From NCBI GenBank assembly GCA_902615435.1, contig CACMOZ010000002.1, forward strand, positions 44,192 through 108,191: 64,000 bases of DNA, given 5' to 3'. The first letter of the stretch is position 1. Each line of letters begins with the position of its first letter. The position numbers and the translations under genes are program-made. This stretch comes from an uncultured Pelagibacteraceae bacterium. GTDB taxonomy: Bacteria > Pseudomonadota > Alphaproteobacteria > Pelagibacterales > Pelagibacteraceae. Under the pieces are notes generated by a model. The model had not been told where the DNA came from and searched no databases. It saw only the letters and a program-made list of their open reading frames with translations. Below are positions 26,579-35,621 of this stretch, piece after piece.

Positions 26579-28255
26579 TTAATAAAGATTTTCTAGTTGT
26601 TGTTTATAATTTTTAATAATTTCTTTTCTTTTTAACTTTAAAGTTGGTGTTAACATTCCGTTTTCAATTGTAAATTCTTGATGAATTAAAACAAATTTTT
26701 TAATTTTTTCTATTAAAGTTAAACTTTTATTTATATTTTCAATTATAAGTTTAATTTTTTCCTCTTTTATTTCTTTTTCTGTAACTAATATTGCAACTAA
26801 ATAATTTTTTTTATCACCGTAGACAAAGGATTGTTTAATAAATTCATTTAAACATAGAATATTTTCAATTTTACTTGGAGAAATGTTGTCTCCACCTAAA
26901 TTAACTATGATATCTTTTTTTCTATCAGTTATTTTTAAATAATTGTTTTGATCTAGCTCACCAATATCCCCAGTATGTAACCAACCATCTTTGATTATAT
27001 TTTTTGTCTCATCCTCAAGATTCCAATAACCTAACATTACGTTTTCACCCTTTATCAAGATTTCACCATCCTTTGCTATCTTTACTTTATTAGTTCTAAA
27101 CGGGGGACCAACTGATTCGACCTTTACCAAATTTGGTAGATTGCAGCTAACCACAGGAGATGCCTCCGTTAGCCCATAACCCTGCAAGGTAGGCAGTCCT
27201 ACGGCATTTAAAAATTCACCGATATTTTGATCTAAAGCTCCACCTCCAGAAACAAAGGCTTGAAGGTTTCCTCCAAATTGACCTCTAATTTTTTTTCTTA
27301 CTAATTTTTCACATATAAAATTTAAGATTTTTTCACTAAAACTTAATTGCTCTTTTTTAAGTATTTTTTTTCCTAATTCTAAAGTTTGGTTAATTAATTT
27401 TCTTTTAAGTCCTTTTTGTTTTTCAAAATTCATACTTATTTTGGTAAAAAGATTTTGATAAAACCTTGGAACAGCTGTCATAATAGTTGGCTTAGCAACA
27501 ATCATATTTGAAATTAATTTTTCAAGACTCTCTGCATAAAAAACTTTTGCTCCAACTATAATTTGTATAAATTGGACAGTATGCTCATAGGAATGTGATA
27601 ATGGTAACCAAGTTAAAAATGTAGGATCTTTTTTTTTAGTCAAAGTTTCTAGTAACTCAACTGCTCCTTCGCAGTTCGATAAAATACCACCATGACTTAA
27701 AATAACACCTTTAGGATTTCCTGATGTTCCCGATGTATAAATAATACAAGCAGGCATATTTCTTTTTAACTTGTTGTTAATCTCTTTTTTAAAATTATCT
27801 TCATCTAGGATATTTTGAATTAATAAACTGTCAGTGTCTATCTCTTCAAAAGATATTATTTTTTGCTCGTTTATATTTATATGATTTTTAATCTTTTTAA
27901 ATTGACCATTATTTGAAACTATAATTAAAGATGGCTTACAATCATTTAAAATATATTTATAATCATTTGAAGAATATGTTGTAAAAATTGGAACTGATAC
28001 TCCTCCTGAATTCATCACAGCAAGATCTGCCATTAACCAATACGGTCTATTTTCAGATAATATTAAACAACGATCACCTTCTTGAATTAATGATTTTATC
28101 TTTGATGATAATTTCAATACTCTCTCTTTGATATCACCCCAGCTATAAGTTGGTTTTCCTGGTTTTAACCATTTTAAAAAAGGTTTGTCGGGATCAACCT
28201 CTTCGCACTTTTTAAAGTATAATTCTACAAGACTATTAAGTTTATCTATTTTCAT
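26579..28255 (-). CDS. fadD: Long-chain fatty acid--CoA ligase
   Basis: IIYTSGTSGNPKGV, QGYGLTE, GWLHTGDIG and TPTLKLKR motifs. Confidence 0.9.
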   Translation of the reverse strand: MKIDKLNSLVELYFKKCEEVDPDKPFLKWLKPGKPTYSWGDIKERVLKLSSKIKSLIQEGDRCLILSENRPYWLMADLAVMNSGGVSVPIFTTYSSNDYKYILNDCKPSLIIVSNNGQFKKIKNHININEQKIISFEEIDTDSLLIQNILDEDNFKKEINNKLKRNMPACIIYTSGTSGNPKGVILSHGGILSNCEGAVELLETLTKKKDPTFLTWLPLSHSYEHTVQFIQIIVGAKVFYAESLEKLISNMIVAKPTIMTAVPRFYQNLFTKISMNFEKQKGLKRKLINQTLELGKKILKKEQLSFSEKILNFICEKLVRKKIRGQFGGNLQAFVSGGGALDQNIGEFLNAVGLPTLQGYGLTEASPVVSCNLPNLVKVESVGPPFRTNKVKIAKDGEILIKGENVMLGYWNLEDETKNIIKDGWLHTGDIGELDQNNYLKITDRKKDIIVNLGGDNISPSKIENILCLNEFIKQSFVYGDKKNYLVAILVTEKEIKEEKIKLIIENINKSLTLIEKIKKFVLIHQEFTIENGMLTPTLKLKRKEIIKNYKQQLENLY

Positions 28256-28259
28256 AACT

Positions 28260-28346
28260 TGGTGGGCGAAGAGAGACTCGAACTCTCAAGGTATTGCTAC
28301 CACCGGATTTTGAGTCCGGCGCGTCTACCAGTTCCACCATTCGCCC
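28260..28346 (-). tRNA. tRNA-Leu(CAA)
   Basis: Reverse complement GGGCGAATGGTGGAACTGGTAGACGCG CCGGA-CTCAAAA-TCCGG, long variable arm, GAGAG-TTCGAGT-CTCTC TTCGCCC-A-CCA; 87 nt. Confidence 0.97.
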
Positions 28347-28361
28347 ATTTTTTGAAATAAT

Positions 28362-29207
28362 TTAATTTATTTTTCTTACTATTAGAACAAAAATAATTGA
28401 GGTAACGAACATAATTAGTGCATATGCTGCTGTGGGCACCATATAAACAATATCATCCCATAATTGAGTGGCAACGAAAACAGCTAGAGTTCCATTTTGT
28501 AAACCGCATTCAAGTGAAATACATTTTCTTTGTTCTAACCCTGAGGCTAAAAATTTAGCCATGTAGTAACCTATAAAAATCATTGTGATGTTTAAAATAA
28601 AAGCTACTAAACCTGCTCTAGTTATAAAACTTATAATTCTATCCCACTCTTCAACCCAAATAGAAATAAAGACAATTAGAAACAATATTACTGACAATCT
28701 TTGAACTAACAGAGTTTTGGACACGATGAATTCTGTCATTAAACTTCTTACAATCATGCCAAGAATAACAGGAACAGTTACTACAAAAAACATTTTAGCA
28801 GCAATATTAATCATGGATATTTCTTTAGTTATTTCGAAACCAAGAAAACTTGCTGAATTGTAGACAATTAAAGGAACTGTTATCACAGATATTAAACTCA
28901 CGACTGCAGTTAACGTTACCGATAGCGCAACATCGCCATTTGCAAATTTAGTTAATATATTTGACGTAACCCCGCCTGGTGCTGCTGCAATTACCATTAC
29001 ACCAAGTGCTATTTCCGGTGTCATTGAAATAAGATGAATTAAGATAAAAGCGATAATCGGAAGTATGATAACTTGGCCAAAAAAACCTACTATAAAATCT
29101 CTAGGGATTGTAATAACTCTTTTAAAGTCTGCTACGGTTAAGCCAAGACCTAATCCGAACATTATTATGGCTAAACACACCGGGGCTATTGTTTTTGCTA
29201 TTTCCAT
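28362..29207 (-). CDS. Bile acid:sodium symporter (BASS) family transporter
   Basis: IMFGLGLGL, APGGVTSN, GDVALSV and ECGLQNG motifs. Confidence 0.92.
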   Translation of the reverse strand: MEIAKTIAPVCLAIIMFGLGLGLTVADFKRVITIPRDFIVGFFGQVIILPIIAFILIHLISMTPEIALGVMVIAAAPGGVTSNILTKFANGDVALSVTLTAVVSLISVITVPLIVYNSASFLGFEITKEISMINIAAKMFFVVTVPVILGMIVRSLMTEFIVSKTLLVQRLSVILFLIVFISIWVEEWDRIISFITRAGLVAFILNITMIFIGYYMAKFLASGLEQRKCISLECGLQNGTLAVFVATQLWDDIVYMVPTAAYALIMFVTSIIFVLIVRKIN

Positions 29208-29260
29208 AATTTTATAAAAAACATAAAGACTTAATTTAACATTTTTTTTTTACAAAATTA

Positions 29261-30283
29261 TTAAATACTAAATTTTGAAAATTTCATCAAGTTGAACATT
29301 GTTGTGCAATATTCACTAAATGATCTTTGACTAGTTATGTAGTTTTCCTCTATTTTTTTCATATGTTCTCGATTATTTCCAATTGAATATTCTAGTTTTT
29401 TATTTCTAATTATATGTTTCTTTTTCTCCAAAGACTTAAGTTTTCGAATTACTGTGGCTCTTGGTATGGCTGATATATCTGAAATTGAAGAAGCATTAAT
29501 CCCTCGTTTGGACTTATGTTTTAGAGTAGCTAAAAAGAAATCCCTATATGTTTCAGGTTTTCTTGTTACATCATTTTCAATAGATTCTATTAAATCTCTA
29601 ATTTGAACTAAGCCAATTGACCCCCACACATTCCAAGACTCTAAATCTCCATAATGAGTTCTATGTCTCACTAAATAAGGTATTTGAAATCTATACCAAT
29701 ACTCCCAACTTACAGTAAAGTGCTCTACAATAAATTTTTTTATATCCTCTTTATCTAATGATTTACCAAACCAGTCTTCGGCGGATAAGTGCATTGAAAG
29801 TTTGGATAATAATCCGGACAGATTTTCAATTGTACTCATAGGTTTTTGGATTTCCAAACCTTTGGAATGTAAAAAGATTGATTTTCCAGATCTTATAATA
29901 ATGTCATTAGCTTGAAGATAATTAACTTTTCTTCTAACAGTTTCTTTTGGTATATTAAGATCTTTCGATATCTCAATTAAATTTAGTTTATCGATACCTA
30001 CTTTGTCTTGACTATAAAATGCATCCATTGACATATAGTGAAATCGATCTGAATAATTAATGTAAACCTTGTTCATTAAATACATTAAAATTAAATATGT
30101 ATCGAAATCATTAAAGTTCTTATAAGCACGGTTTACCCAGTCTTGTTGTAATCGATAAAATGACTTCAATTTTTCATTGATGTTTCGCTGAAAGACTTCA
30201 TGAACTTTATCTTTATCTATGCTCTTACCTGTATCCTCACTTTTGTTTATACGCGCAATTTTTATATCTACGGGATTGCTCAT
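29261..30283 (-). CDS. Hypothetical protein with two helix-turn-helix-like segments
   Basis: LNLIEISKDLNIPKETVRRKVNYL and INASSISDISAIPRATVIRKLKSL. Confidence 0.75.
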   Translation of the reverse strand: MSNPVDIKIARINKSEDTGKSIDKDKVHEVFQRNINEKLKSFYRLQQDWVNRAYKNFNDFDTYLILMYLMNKVYINYSDRFHYMSMDAFYSQDKVGIDKLNLIEISKDLNIPKETVRRKVNYLQANDIIIRSGKSIFLHSKGLEIQKPMSTIENLSGLLSKLSMHLSAEDWFGKSLDKEDIKKFIVEHFTVSWEYWYRFQIPYLVRHRTHYGDLESWNVWGSIGLVQIRDLIESIENDVTRKPETYRDFFLATLKHKSKRGINASSISDISAIPRATVIRKLKSLEKKKHIIRNKKLEYSIGNNREHMKKIEENYITSQRSFSEYCTTMFNLMKFSKFSI

Positions 30284-30288
30284 TAAAA

Positions 30289-30474
30289 TTATTTATTCCA
30301 AGTAACGCTTTGATTGATAAGAATGGCCATTAAAATCCAAATGATAAACGTATCACCTGGAGAAAAACCGTAATCAGCACCGAACATTCCCGCAACTATT
30401 ACGATAGCGTAGATAACAACTGTCGATAAAATTAAACTTGCGAGGTATCTAAGAATTGTGCATTTTAAATTCAT
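30289..30474 (-). CDS. 61-aa two-TM small membrane protein
   Basis: C-terminal part of the track ORF 30289..30615 from ATG 30474 (MNLKCTILRYLASL...); the upstream part is antisense to the YqaA-family gene. Confidence 0.6.
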   Translation of the reverse strand: MNLKCTILRYLASLILSTVVIYAIVIVAGMFGADYGFSPGDTFIIWILMAILINQSVTWNK

Positions 30475-31072
30475 GTTAAAAAAATTATACGACAGATGTG
30501 TAGAACTTGCTAGGCATAAATTTTCAAAGCCATTACTCGGCTTTGTAGCTTTCATTGAAAGTTTCTTTTTTCCTGTCCCACCAGATCTAATGATAGTTCC
30601 TATGGTTGTAGCCAAAAGAGAGGATTATTTTAAAATATTTCTCATAGCTACTGTTGGATCTGTTTTGGGAGGTTTGTTCGGATACATGCTTGGAGTTTTT
30701 TTCTTAGATGCTTCGATGGTTATTATCGAGTTTTATGGATATGAGGAAAAAGTTTTTCAAATTCAAGATAAGATGTCTACCCGAGGTGGTTTTTTAGCCT
30801 GGCTTGGGATTATGTTTTTAGCAGGTTTTACTCCTCTTCCTTTTAAAGTATTTACGATTACAAGTGGAGTGATTGGTTTTAATCTTACGGTTTTCTTTTT
30901 TATATGTCTTTTTACAAGAGGTCTTAGATTTTTATTAGTTTCTTATTTAACTTATCTTTTTGGTAAAAAATTTGGTGAATTTATTGAAAAAAAAGGTGCG
31001 GTATGGTTTACGCTTGCTGGAATATTTATTGTAATTTTAGCAGCTGCCTTGTACATAATCTTCTTTAAATGA
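30473..31072 (+). CDS. YqaA/DedA (SNARE-associated) family membrane protein
   Basis: FIESFFFPVPPD, GSVLGG and FTPLPFKVFTI motifs; start at ATG 30473. Confidence 0.9.
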   Translation: MLKKLYDRCVELARHKFSKPLLGFVAFIESFFFPVPPDLMIVPMVVAKREDYFKIFLIATVGSVLGGLFGYMLGVFFLDASMVIIEFYGYEEKVFQIQDKMSTRGGFLAWLGIMFLAGFTPLPFKVFTITSGVIGFNLTVFFFICLFTRGLRFLLVSYLTYLFGKKFGEFIEKKGAVWFTLAGIFIVILAAALYIIFFK

Positions 31073-31548
31073 TTTTAAATAACAAGCTAATATTAAATGG
31101 TATTTTAGTCTTTAGTATACTCTCGCTTTCAATAGCTTACTTCATACAATATGTACTTGGTCATAAACCATGTAATTTGTGTATAATTGAGAGAATTCCC
31201 TATATTGCAGCGATAATTCTTATTTCACTAATCTTTATTTTAAATAGATATCAAAAAATAATTTCTAGCCTCGTTTTAATATTCTTTATTTTTGGTGCTG
31301 TAGTTTCTTTTTATCATTTTGGTATAGAGCAAGGTTTTTTTAACGAATCTTTAGTTTGCGATTTAGGCAATAGCCGGCCTTTAAATAAAGAAGAGCTTCT
31401 AAATCAGCTTAAAAAAACAGAGATAGTAAGCTGTAAAGATGTAACTTTTAGATTTTTAGGGCTTTCACTTGCTACAATAAATACAGTTATCTCATTAATA
31501 CTTAGTGGTATTATAATCAAAGTTATAAAAAATTATGGAAAAAACTAA
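31069..31548 (+). CDS. dsbB: Disulfide bond formation protein B
   Basis: PCNLCIIER motif, second Cys pair, four TM helices. Confidence 0.9.
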   Translation: MILNNKLILNGILVFSILSLSIAYFIQYVLGHKPCNLCIIERIPYIAAIILISLIFILNRYQKIISSLVLIFFIFGAVVSFYHFGIEQGFFNESLVCDLGNSRPLNKEELLNQLKKTEIVSCKDVTFRFLGLSLATINTVISLILSGIIIKVIKNYGKN

Positions 31549-32068
31549 CAAAAAAACTTTAGAGGAAATTATAAGAGTTGACCATGCTGGTGAACGTGGA
31601 GCTATAAAAATATATGAAGGACAACTTCTAGCTCTTAAGACGTTCAAACAAGATGAATTTTTAAAAAAGAAAATAGAGGAAATGAAAGAGCATGAAAAAG
31701 AACACTACGAATATTTTGATAACGAAATTAAAAAAAGAAATATAAAACCTACAAAACTTTTACCTCTCTGGGATTTGATGGGTGTAACTCTTGGTTTTGG
31801 AACGGCAATGTTAGGAGAGAAAGCAGCCATGCTTTGTACTGCATCGGTTGAAGAGGTAATTGATGGTCATTATAAAGATCAAACTTATAAACTTGGAAAA
31901 GATGAAGAAGAGTTAAAAAAGAAAATTATGAAATTTAGGCAGGACGAATTAGATCATAAAGACATAGCGTATGATAATGGAGCAACAAAAAAAGGATTAT
32001 ACGGAGTCTTAGATAAAATTATTAAAACTTCATCAAGAATTGCTATTACGATTTCAGAAAAAGTCTAA
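31535..32068 (+). CDS. coq7: Demethoxyubiquinone hydroxylase
   Basis: IRVDHAGERGAIKIYEGQ, VEEVIDGHY and RQDELDH di-iron motifs. Confidence 0.93.
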   Translation: MEKTNKKTLEEIIRVDHAGERGAIKIYEGQLLALKTFKQDEFLKKKIEEMKEHEKEHYEYFDNEIKKRNIKPTKLLPLWDLMGVTLGFGTAMLGEKAAMLCTASVEEVIDGHYKDQTYKLGKDEEELKKKIMKFRQDELDHKDIAYDNGATKKGLYGVLDKIIKTSSRIAITISEKV

Positions 32069-32638
32069 TTAAGGTTCTAGCTCGATATCCCAATATAGAT
32101 AATCCATCCAACTTTCATGAAGAAAGTTTGGTGGAAAATGTCTACCGTTGCGATGTAAATCTTCGACTGTCGGTGCGTAAGGTTTATTAGCTAATTTTAG
32201 ATCACAGTCTCTATAAAGCTTTCCACCTTTTTTAACATTACAACTTGAACAAGCTGTTACAACATTGTTCCAATCTGTTAATCCCCCTCTAGACTTTGGT
32301 AACAAATGATCAAAGGTCAAATCTTTTGTGTCGCCACAATATTGGCAAGCAAACTTATCTCTTAAAAAAACATTAAATCTTGTAAAGTTTGGATTTTTTG
32401 AAGGTTGAATAAAATTTTTAAGCGCAATCACACTTGGTAAATTCATTTCAAATGAAGGGCTTCTTATTTTTCTTTTATAGTTAGAAACAATGCTCACTCT
32501 GTCTAAAAAAACTGATTTAACTGCATCTTGCCAACACCAAATTGAAAGCGGGTAATAACTTAGCGGTCTAAAGTCAGCGTTTAGCACTAACGCCGGACAT
32601 TTTTCAAGAGGTACTTTATCGACAGAAGAAATAATCAT
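32069..32638 (-). CDS. HNH endonuclease family protein
   Basis: LVLNADFRP N-terminus; CQYCG, DHLLP and CSSCNVKKG. Confidence 0.92.
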   Translation of the reverse strand: MIISSVDKVPLEKCPALVLNADFRPLSYYPLSIWCWQDAVKSVFLDRVSIVSNYKRKIRSPSFEMNLPSVIALKNFIQPSKNPNFTRFNVFLRDKFACQYCGDTKDLTFDHLLPKSRGGLTDWNNVVTACSSCNVKKGGKLYRDCDLKLANKPYAPTVEDLHRNGRHFPPNFLHESWMDYLYWDIELEP

Positions 32639-32699
32639 ACACTAAAGCTAACTGATACAAAAAATTATATCAAGTTATAATTATGTATCACTCAAAAAA

Positions 32700-33356
32700 T
32701 TAAGAATTAAATTGTTTTTTTATAAATTGAAGGCCCAAACTTGACCCCTCTGTAGGTATACGATGTTCACAGTTTTTGAAAATTTTTGTTTCTATTTCAT
32801 AATTATTTTTATTAAAAAAGTCTTTAGCCTCTAATAATGAGTCGATAGAAACCACTTGATCTATGTCCCCATGCATTAAAATAATCTTTGGTCTAGAATT
32901 AATATTTTTTGAAAGATGTTCGGTGTCTATAATTCTACCTGAGTAGCCAATTACAGAATTCACCATATCTTTTCTTTTTAAACCAGCTTGTAAAGTAATC
33001 ATGCAACCTTGGCTAAATCCTCCAATGATGATCTGGTCAGCTTTTAGATTATTATTCTTTTTTACTTCGTCAATAAGTTTATTTAATTTGTTTTCTGCTA
33101 CTAGTGATTTAGCTAAAACTTGCTCTGGTGTTTGATCCATCAAATCAAACCATTGAAAACCGGATGGGCTTGCTGCGCATTTCTCAGGAGCATCAGGACA
33201 AATGAATATTGTGTCTGGTAAATGAGCGCGCCAGTAATTTGCAAGGATTGAGATATCGTTACCATCACCACCATAACCGTGGCAAAGTATTACGGCGTTT
33301 TTGGGTTTATTTTTAGAAAGTGGTTCTAAAACAATTGTATTTAATGAATAGGTCAT
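32700..33356 (-). CDS. Phospholipase/carboxylesterase (alpha/beta hydrolase)
   Basis: CHGYG, GFSQG and HGDIDQVV motifs with C-terminal His. Confidence 0.9.
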   Translation of the reverse strand: MTYSLNTIVLEPLSKNKPKNAVILCHGYGGDGNDISILANYWRAHLPDTIFICPDAPEKCAASPSGFQWFDLMDQTPEQVLAKSLVAENKLNKLIDEVKKNNNLKADQIIIGGFSQGCMITLQAGLKRKDMVNSVIGYSGRIIDTEHLSKNINSRPKIILMHGDIDQVVSIDSLLEAKDFFNKNNYEIETKIFKNCEHRIPTEGSSLGLQFIKKQFNS

Positions 33357-33372
33357 GATAGTAGAATATTAA

Positions 33373-33573
33373 ATGTCTGAATTTTTTTTTAATTTTATAG
33401 GTTTTACTTTATTAGGTGCTGTAGCCATAGTTTTGATAATGGGTATATATACTTTATTTAAGGGTGGAAGTACTAGTAAAAAATATTCTAATAAATTAAT
33501 GCAATTACGGGTCTTACTGCAATTTATTGCAATAATAGTTTTAGTTTTAATGGCTTATTTTTTTAAAAACTAA
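33373..33573 (+). CDS. HIG1-domain twin-transmembrane small protein
   Basis: SNKLMQLRVLLQ motif between two TM helices. Confidence 0.88.
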   Translation: MSEFFFNFIGFTLLGAVAIVLIMGIYTLFKGGSTSKKYSNKLMQLRVLLQFIAIIVLVLMAYFFKN

Positions 33574-34097
33574 ATATATTTTTTTATTAAGTTGATAAAA
33601 TCATCACTTACAAAATCAACTTCGCCAATAACTCTGCCAAATTCATTGCCATTTTTATCGATTAAAATACTTGTGGGAAGTCCTCGCATTTTGAATTGCT
33701 TTACTAATTTCAACTTTGGATCATAGTAAGTATCTAAACTAGCAACACCGATGCTTCTGAAAAAGTCTCTAACTTTTAGCTTATTAGGTTGTTCCATGTT
33801 AATAGCGTAAACTTTAACTTGTGGAAATTGATTTGTTAGTTTTTCAAGCGAGGGCATCTCTCTTTTACAAGGAGCACACCAGGTTGCCCAGAAATTCAAG
33901 ATCATGATGTTGCCTTTATTGTTAGTTAAATCGACATCATTAAGATCTGAATCTTTGAATTTTAATTCTTTAATTTGAGTCGGTTTTTCGTGGATTACTA
34001 TATTTTTTGAAAAATCTTCTGCTCCGTAAAGATTGTGGCTAATCAGATATAGAAGGATTATGTGAATATAGATTTTAAAAGATTTACTAATTTTCAT
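33570..34097 (-). CDS. TlpA/ResA-like thiol-disulfide oxidoreductase
   Basis: LNFWATWCAPCKREMP and RGLPTS; divergent from argH as in other alphaproteobacteria. Confidence 0.92.
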   Translation of the reverse strand: MKISKSFKIYIHIILLYLISHNLYGAEDFSKNIVIHEKPTQIKELKFKDSDLNDVDLTNNKGNIMILNFWATWCAPCKREMPSLEKLTNQFPQVKVYAINMEQPNKLKVRDFFRSIGVASLDTYYDPKLKLVKQFKMRGLPTSILIDKNGNEFGRVIGEVDFVSDDFINLIKKYI

Positions 34098-34127
34098 ATT
34101 AATTTAAATTAGAAATAACACAGTAAA

Positions 34128-35507
34128 ATGAAAAATAAAACAATTTGGTCTAATAGATTTAAAAACAAAACGTCTCAATCATTTCAAAAGATTGGGTCTT
34201 CAATTCATATTGATAAAAGACTTTATGAACAAGATATCGCTTCATCTGTTATACACACGCAAATGCTAATAAAACAAAAGATCATTAAAATTGAAGACGG
34301 TAACAAAATTATCAATGGGCTTAAAAAAATTAAAGCTCAGATAGATAAGGGAAATTTTGAGTTTAAAGAAAAGTTCGAAGATATTCATTTAAATATAGAA
34401 AAAGCATTATTTGAGATCATTGGTCCATCAGCTGGGTTTCTGCATACCGCTAGATCTAGAAATGATCAGGTCGTGACTGATTTTAAATTGTGGATTAAAA
34501 AAGCATCAAACGAAATTTTAAAAGATATTTCAGCTGTCATGAGAAATCTTATAAAAAAAGCTGAAAAAAATACAGATACGGTTATGCCTGGATTAACGCA
34601 TTTAAAAAATGCACAACCTATTTCATTCGCACATTATTTGTTGTCATACTATGAGATGTTAAAAAGAGATAAAAAAAGATTTGAAAATAATCTTGAGCTA
34701 TTAAATGAGTGTCCGCTTGGATCTGCGGCACTTTCAGGAACATCTTATAAAATAGACAGAACCTATACTGCAAAAAAACTTGGTTTTAAAAAACCTACAG
34801 ATAACTCTATGGACTCTGTATCGGATAGAGATTTTGCAATTGATTTTTTATATGCTTCTGCTGTTTGTGCAATGCACCTATCTAGATTGGCAGAAGACTT
34901 TATTATTTATAATTCTGATGCTTTCAATTTAATTTCATTCAAAGATAGCATGCTTACAGGATCATCAATTATGCCACAAAAAAAGAATCCTGATCCTGCA
35001 GAACTAATAAGAGGAAAAGTTGGAATGAATTATGGAAAGTTAAATGCAATGTTGACAATAATGAAAGGTCTTCCCATGTCATATTTTAAAGATATGCAAG
35101 ATGACAAGGAGTTAGTTTTTGGAGGCTATGATACTTTGAAAGATACTCTAACTATGGGCGCCGAATTAATAAATGCTGTAAATGCTAATAAAGCAAATAT
35201 GCTTTTTATGGCTAACCAAGGATATACAACAGCAACTGATTTTGCAGACTATCTTGTTAAAAATAAAAATTTATCGTTTAGAGAGTCTTATGCTATTTCA
35301 GCAAAAGTTGTAAATTATGCAGAAAAAAATAAAAAGATGTTATCTGAGTTAAATTTGGATGAAATCAAAAAATTTTATAAAGATTTAGATAAAAGTGTCT
35401 TAAAAGTATTTGATGTAAAAAATTCTATGAATGCAAAAAAATCTCATGGAGGAACATCTATGATTAATGTTAAATCAATGATAAAAAAATATAAAAGGGA
35501 AATTTAA
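34128..35507 (+). CDS. argH: Argininosuccinate lyase
   Basis: HTARSRNDQV and GSSIMPQKKNPD. Confidence 0.97.
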   Translation: MKNKTIWSNRFKNKTSQSFQKIGSSIHIDKRLYEQDIASSVIHTQMLIKQKIIKIEDGNKIINGLKKIKAQIDKGNFEFKEKFEDIHLNIEKALFEIIGPSAGFLHTARSRNDQVVTDFKLWIKKASNEILKDISAVMRNLIKKAEKNTDTVMPGLTHLKNAQPISFAHYLLSYYEMLKRDKKRFENNLELLNECPLGSAALSGTSYKIDRTYTAKKLGFKKPTDNSMDSVSDRDFAIDFLYASAVCAMHLSRLAEDFIIYNSDAFNLISFKDSMLTGSSIMPQKKNPDPAELIRGKVGMNYGKLNAMLTIMKGLPMSYFKDMQDDKELVFGGYDTLKDTLTMGAELINAVNANKANMLFMANQGYTTATDFADYLVKNKNLSFRESYAISAKVVNYAEKNKKMLSELNLDEIKKFYKDLDKSVLKVFDVKNSMNAKKSHGGTSMINVKSMIKKYKREI

Positions 35508-35617
35508 TGAAACTAATAACTGCTTTTTTCCTGGTAATTTTTATTTTAACTAGTTGCGGAAAAAAATCTGAACCTAAATACCAAGGTCAAATAGATCAGG
35601 TCAATTTAATTTCATAA
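35507..35617 (+). CDS. 36-aa lipoprotein, LptM/YifL(LppL)-like
   Basis: Manual translation MKLITAFFLVIFILTSCGKKSEPKYQGQIDQVNLIS; lipobox LTSC; TAATG overlap with argH; conserved argH-lipoprotein-lysA position. Confidence 0.8.
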   Translation: MKLITAFFLVIFILTSCGKKSEPKYQGQIDQVNLIS

Positions 35618-35621
35618 TCTT

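Noticed and set aside
3592-28346. tRNA-Arg and tRNA-Leu as integration sites of islands or prophage
   Set aside because: No integrase and no duplicated tRNA 3' end seen downstream of either tRNA.
32069-32638. HNH endonuclease as a mobile element or defence gene
   Set aside because: Stand-alone gene among core genes, with no intron, terminal repeats, methyltransferase or other defence neighbours.
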